Positions 63,029 through 64,000 of a stretch of DNA of 64,000 bases are shown piece by piece. Source of the stretch: an uncultured SAR86 cluster bacterium (GTDB lineage Bacteria; Pseudomonadota; Gammaproteobacteria; Magnimaribacterales; D2472); assembly GCA_902515775.1 (NCBI GenBank), contig CABXVU010000004.1, positions 2,746 through 66,745 on the forward strand, given 5' to 3'. The position numbers and the translations under genes are program-made. Below the pieces are notes generated by a model, which saw only the letters and a program-made list of their open reading frames with translations, was not told the DNA's origin and did not search any database. How positions within the stretch are numbered: position 1 is the stretch's first letter; the number at the start of each line of letters is the position of its first letter.

Positions 63029-64000
63029 TAATCCTTTAGAAATAGATTGTCTATATTTTCTTTTTCAGTTTTGCCGAGTATAAAAACAATAATTTTATCG
63101 TTAGGTTTAAGAAGTAAATTTTTAGAATGCATAAAAATTTCATCTTGTCTTATTACTGCGGCGATTACACAATTCTTGGGCAGCGGTATTTCTGAAATTG
63201 GTCGATCAAAGAAGTTTTCTGTAAATTTATTTTTATGGATAATTCCTTCAATTGCCTCTGCTCCACTTTGCATCTTAAGCATTACTTCTTGGGGAACATC
63301 TCCTTTAGCAAGATGTTGCAGCACCATAGATACAGTTAATCTTTGTGGAGAAAGAGCTATGTCAACAAAGTTCTTTGGGAGAATATTTATATATGTATAG
63401 TTATTTACAATAATGATAGTTTTTTTAGCACCCAGTTTCTTTGCTAAAAAAGCGGACATAATATTTGTTTCATCATCATTTGTTAAAGAGCAAAAAATAT
63501 CAATATTCTCAATATTCTCACTTTTAAGCAGCTCTTCATCAGAGCCTTCCCCTTTTAGAACAATTGTTCTATTAAGCTTATTTGATATTATTTCACACCT
63601 GTCTTCACTTGGATCAATGATTTTAATTTTATAATTTTCTTCTAGGGCTTTTGCAAGCGCAAAGCCTATTTTACCTCCACCTACTATCATCATCCTCGAG
63701 GATGAATTATCTTGAAGCCTCATTTCTTGAACAACACTATCAATATCGTTTTCTGCTGCTAGGAAATATATTTCATCATTTTCTTTAATAATTGTTTTGC
63801 CGTCAGGTATTAGAGGTTTTCCCTTTCTATAAATAGCAGGAACAAAAGTATTTGTATCTGGCATATCGCTTTCAATACTTTTTAACTCTCTATTGACTAA
63901 CATTCCGTCTTTTTTAGCTTTTACAGATACAACTTTTATTGATCCATTTGCAAATGACTCAATCTGTTCTGCACCAGGATGTTTGATTAAATCCACTAAG
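63028..64000 (-). CDS. trkA: Trk system potassium uptake protein TrkA, partial (N-terminus beyond the right edge)
   Basis: The frame is open to the window end. It aligns with E. coli TrkA from about residue 137 and includes the second Rossmann motif MIVGGGKIGFALA and RCK_C domains. Confidence 0.9.
   Translation of the reverse strand, partial: LVDLIKHPGAEQIESFANGSIKVVSVKAKKDGMLVNRELKSIESDMPDTNTFVPAIYRKGKPLIPDGKTIIKENDEIYFLAAENDIDSVVQEMRLQDNSSSRMMIVGGGKIGFALAKALEENYKIKIIDPSEDRCEIISNKLNRTIVLKGEGSDEELLKSENIENIDIFCSLTNDDETNIMSAFLAKKLGAKKTIIIVNNYTYINILPKNFVDIALSPQRLTVSMVLQHLAKGDVPQEVMLKMQSGAEAIEGIIHKNKFTENFFDRPISEIPLPKNCVIAAVIRQDEIFMHSKNLLLKPNDKIIVFILGKTEKENIDNLFLKD

Overview
This is an AT-rich (roughly 30% GC, judged by eye, not computed), very tightly packed chromosomal segment covering the replication-origin neighbourhood of a streamlined, probably marine, gammaproteobacterium-like genome. 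A SAR86-like lineage is only a guess. The backbone order is classical. On the minus strand: rpmH-rnpA-yidD-yidC-mnmE, mnmG-rsmG-parA-parB, atpIBEFHAGDC, glmU-glmS. On the plus strand, diverging from rpmH: dnaA-dnaN-recF-gyrB, followed by plsC, glyQS, an lpxL-like gene, trkH and trkA (partial). The left 35 kb is almost entirely minus-strand metabolic, envelope and accessory genes. These include pssA-psd, an LPS glycosyltransferase pair, a periplasmic MsrA-Trx-MsrB fusion, a MerC-like / PepSY / Met-His-rich barrel trio, gloB, a homocysteine methyltransferase, a TPR-sulfotransferase, a BCCT transporter, a TonB-dependent receptor and an esterase. I found no rRNA, tRNA, CRISPR array, transposase or integrase. 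The most interesting signal is downstream of glmS. Five same-orientation copies of the glmS 3' terminus, each still encoding S-V/M-T-V/A-E plus a stop or near-stop and differing mostly at synonymous positions, divide 3.7 kb into four small modules. The module nearest glmS is a two-gene unit (a small membrane zinc-ribbon protein plus a SWIM zinc-finger protein) bracketed by a perfect 16-bp inverted repeat. This looks like a ladder of serial insertions at a glmS-anchored attachment site with no recombinase in view. Other observations: three conserved genes (rsmG, rnpA, plsC) whose N-terminal coding regions have no ATG/GTG/TTG start; G8/C8 homopolymer tracts; a structured GC-rich leader upstream of the homocysteine methyltransferase; two DnaA-box regions; a GyrB without the usual proteobacterial insertion; and an alpha2-type GlyRS. 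All family calls come from motifs I recognised by reading the translations. No database search or computation was run.
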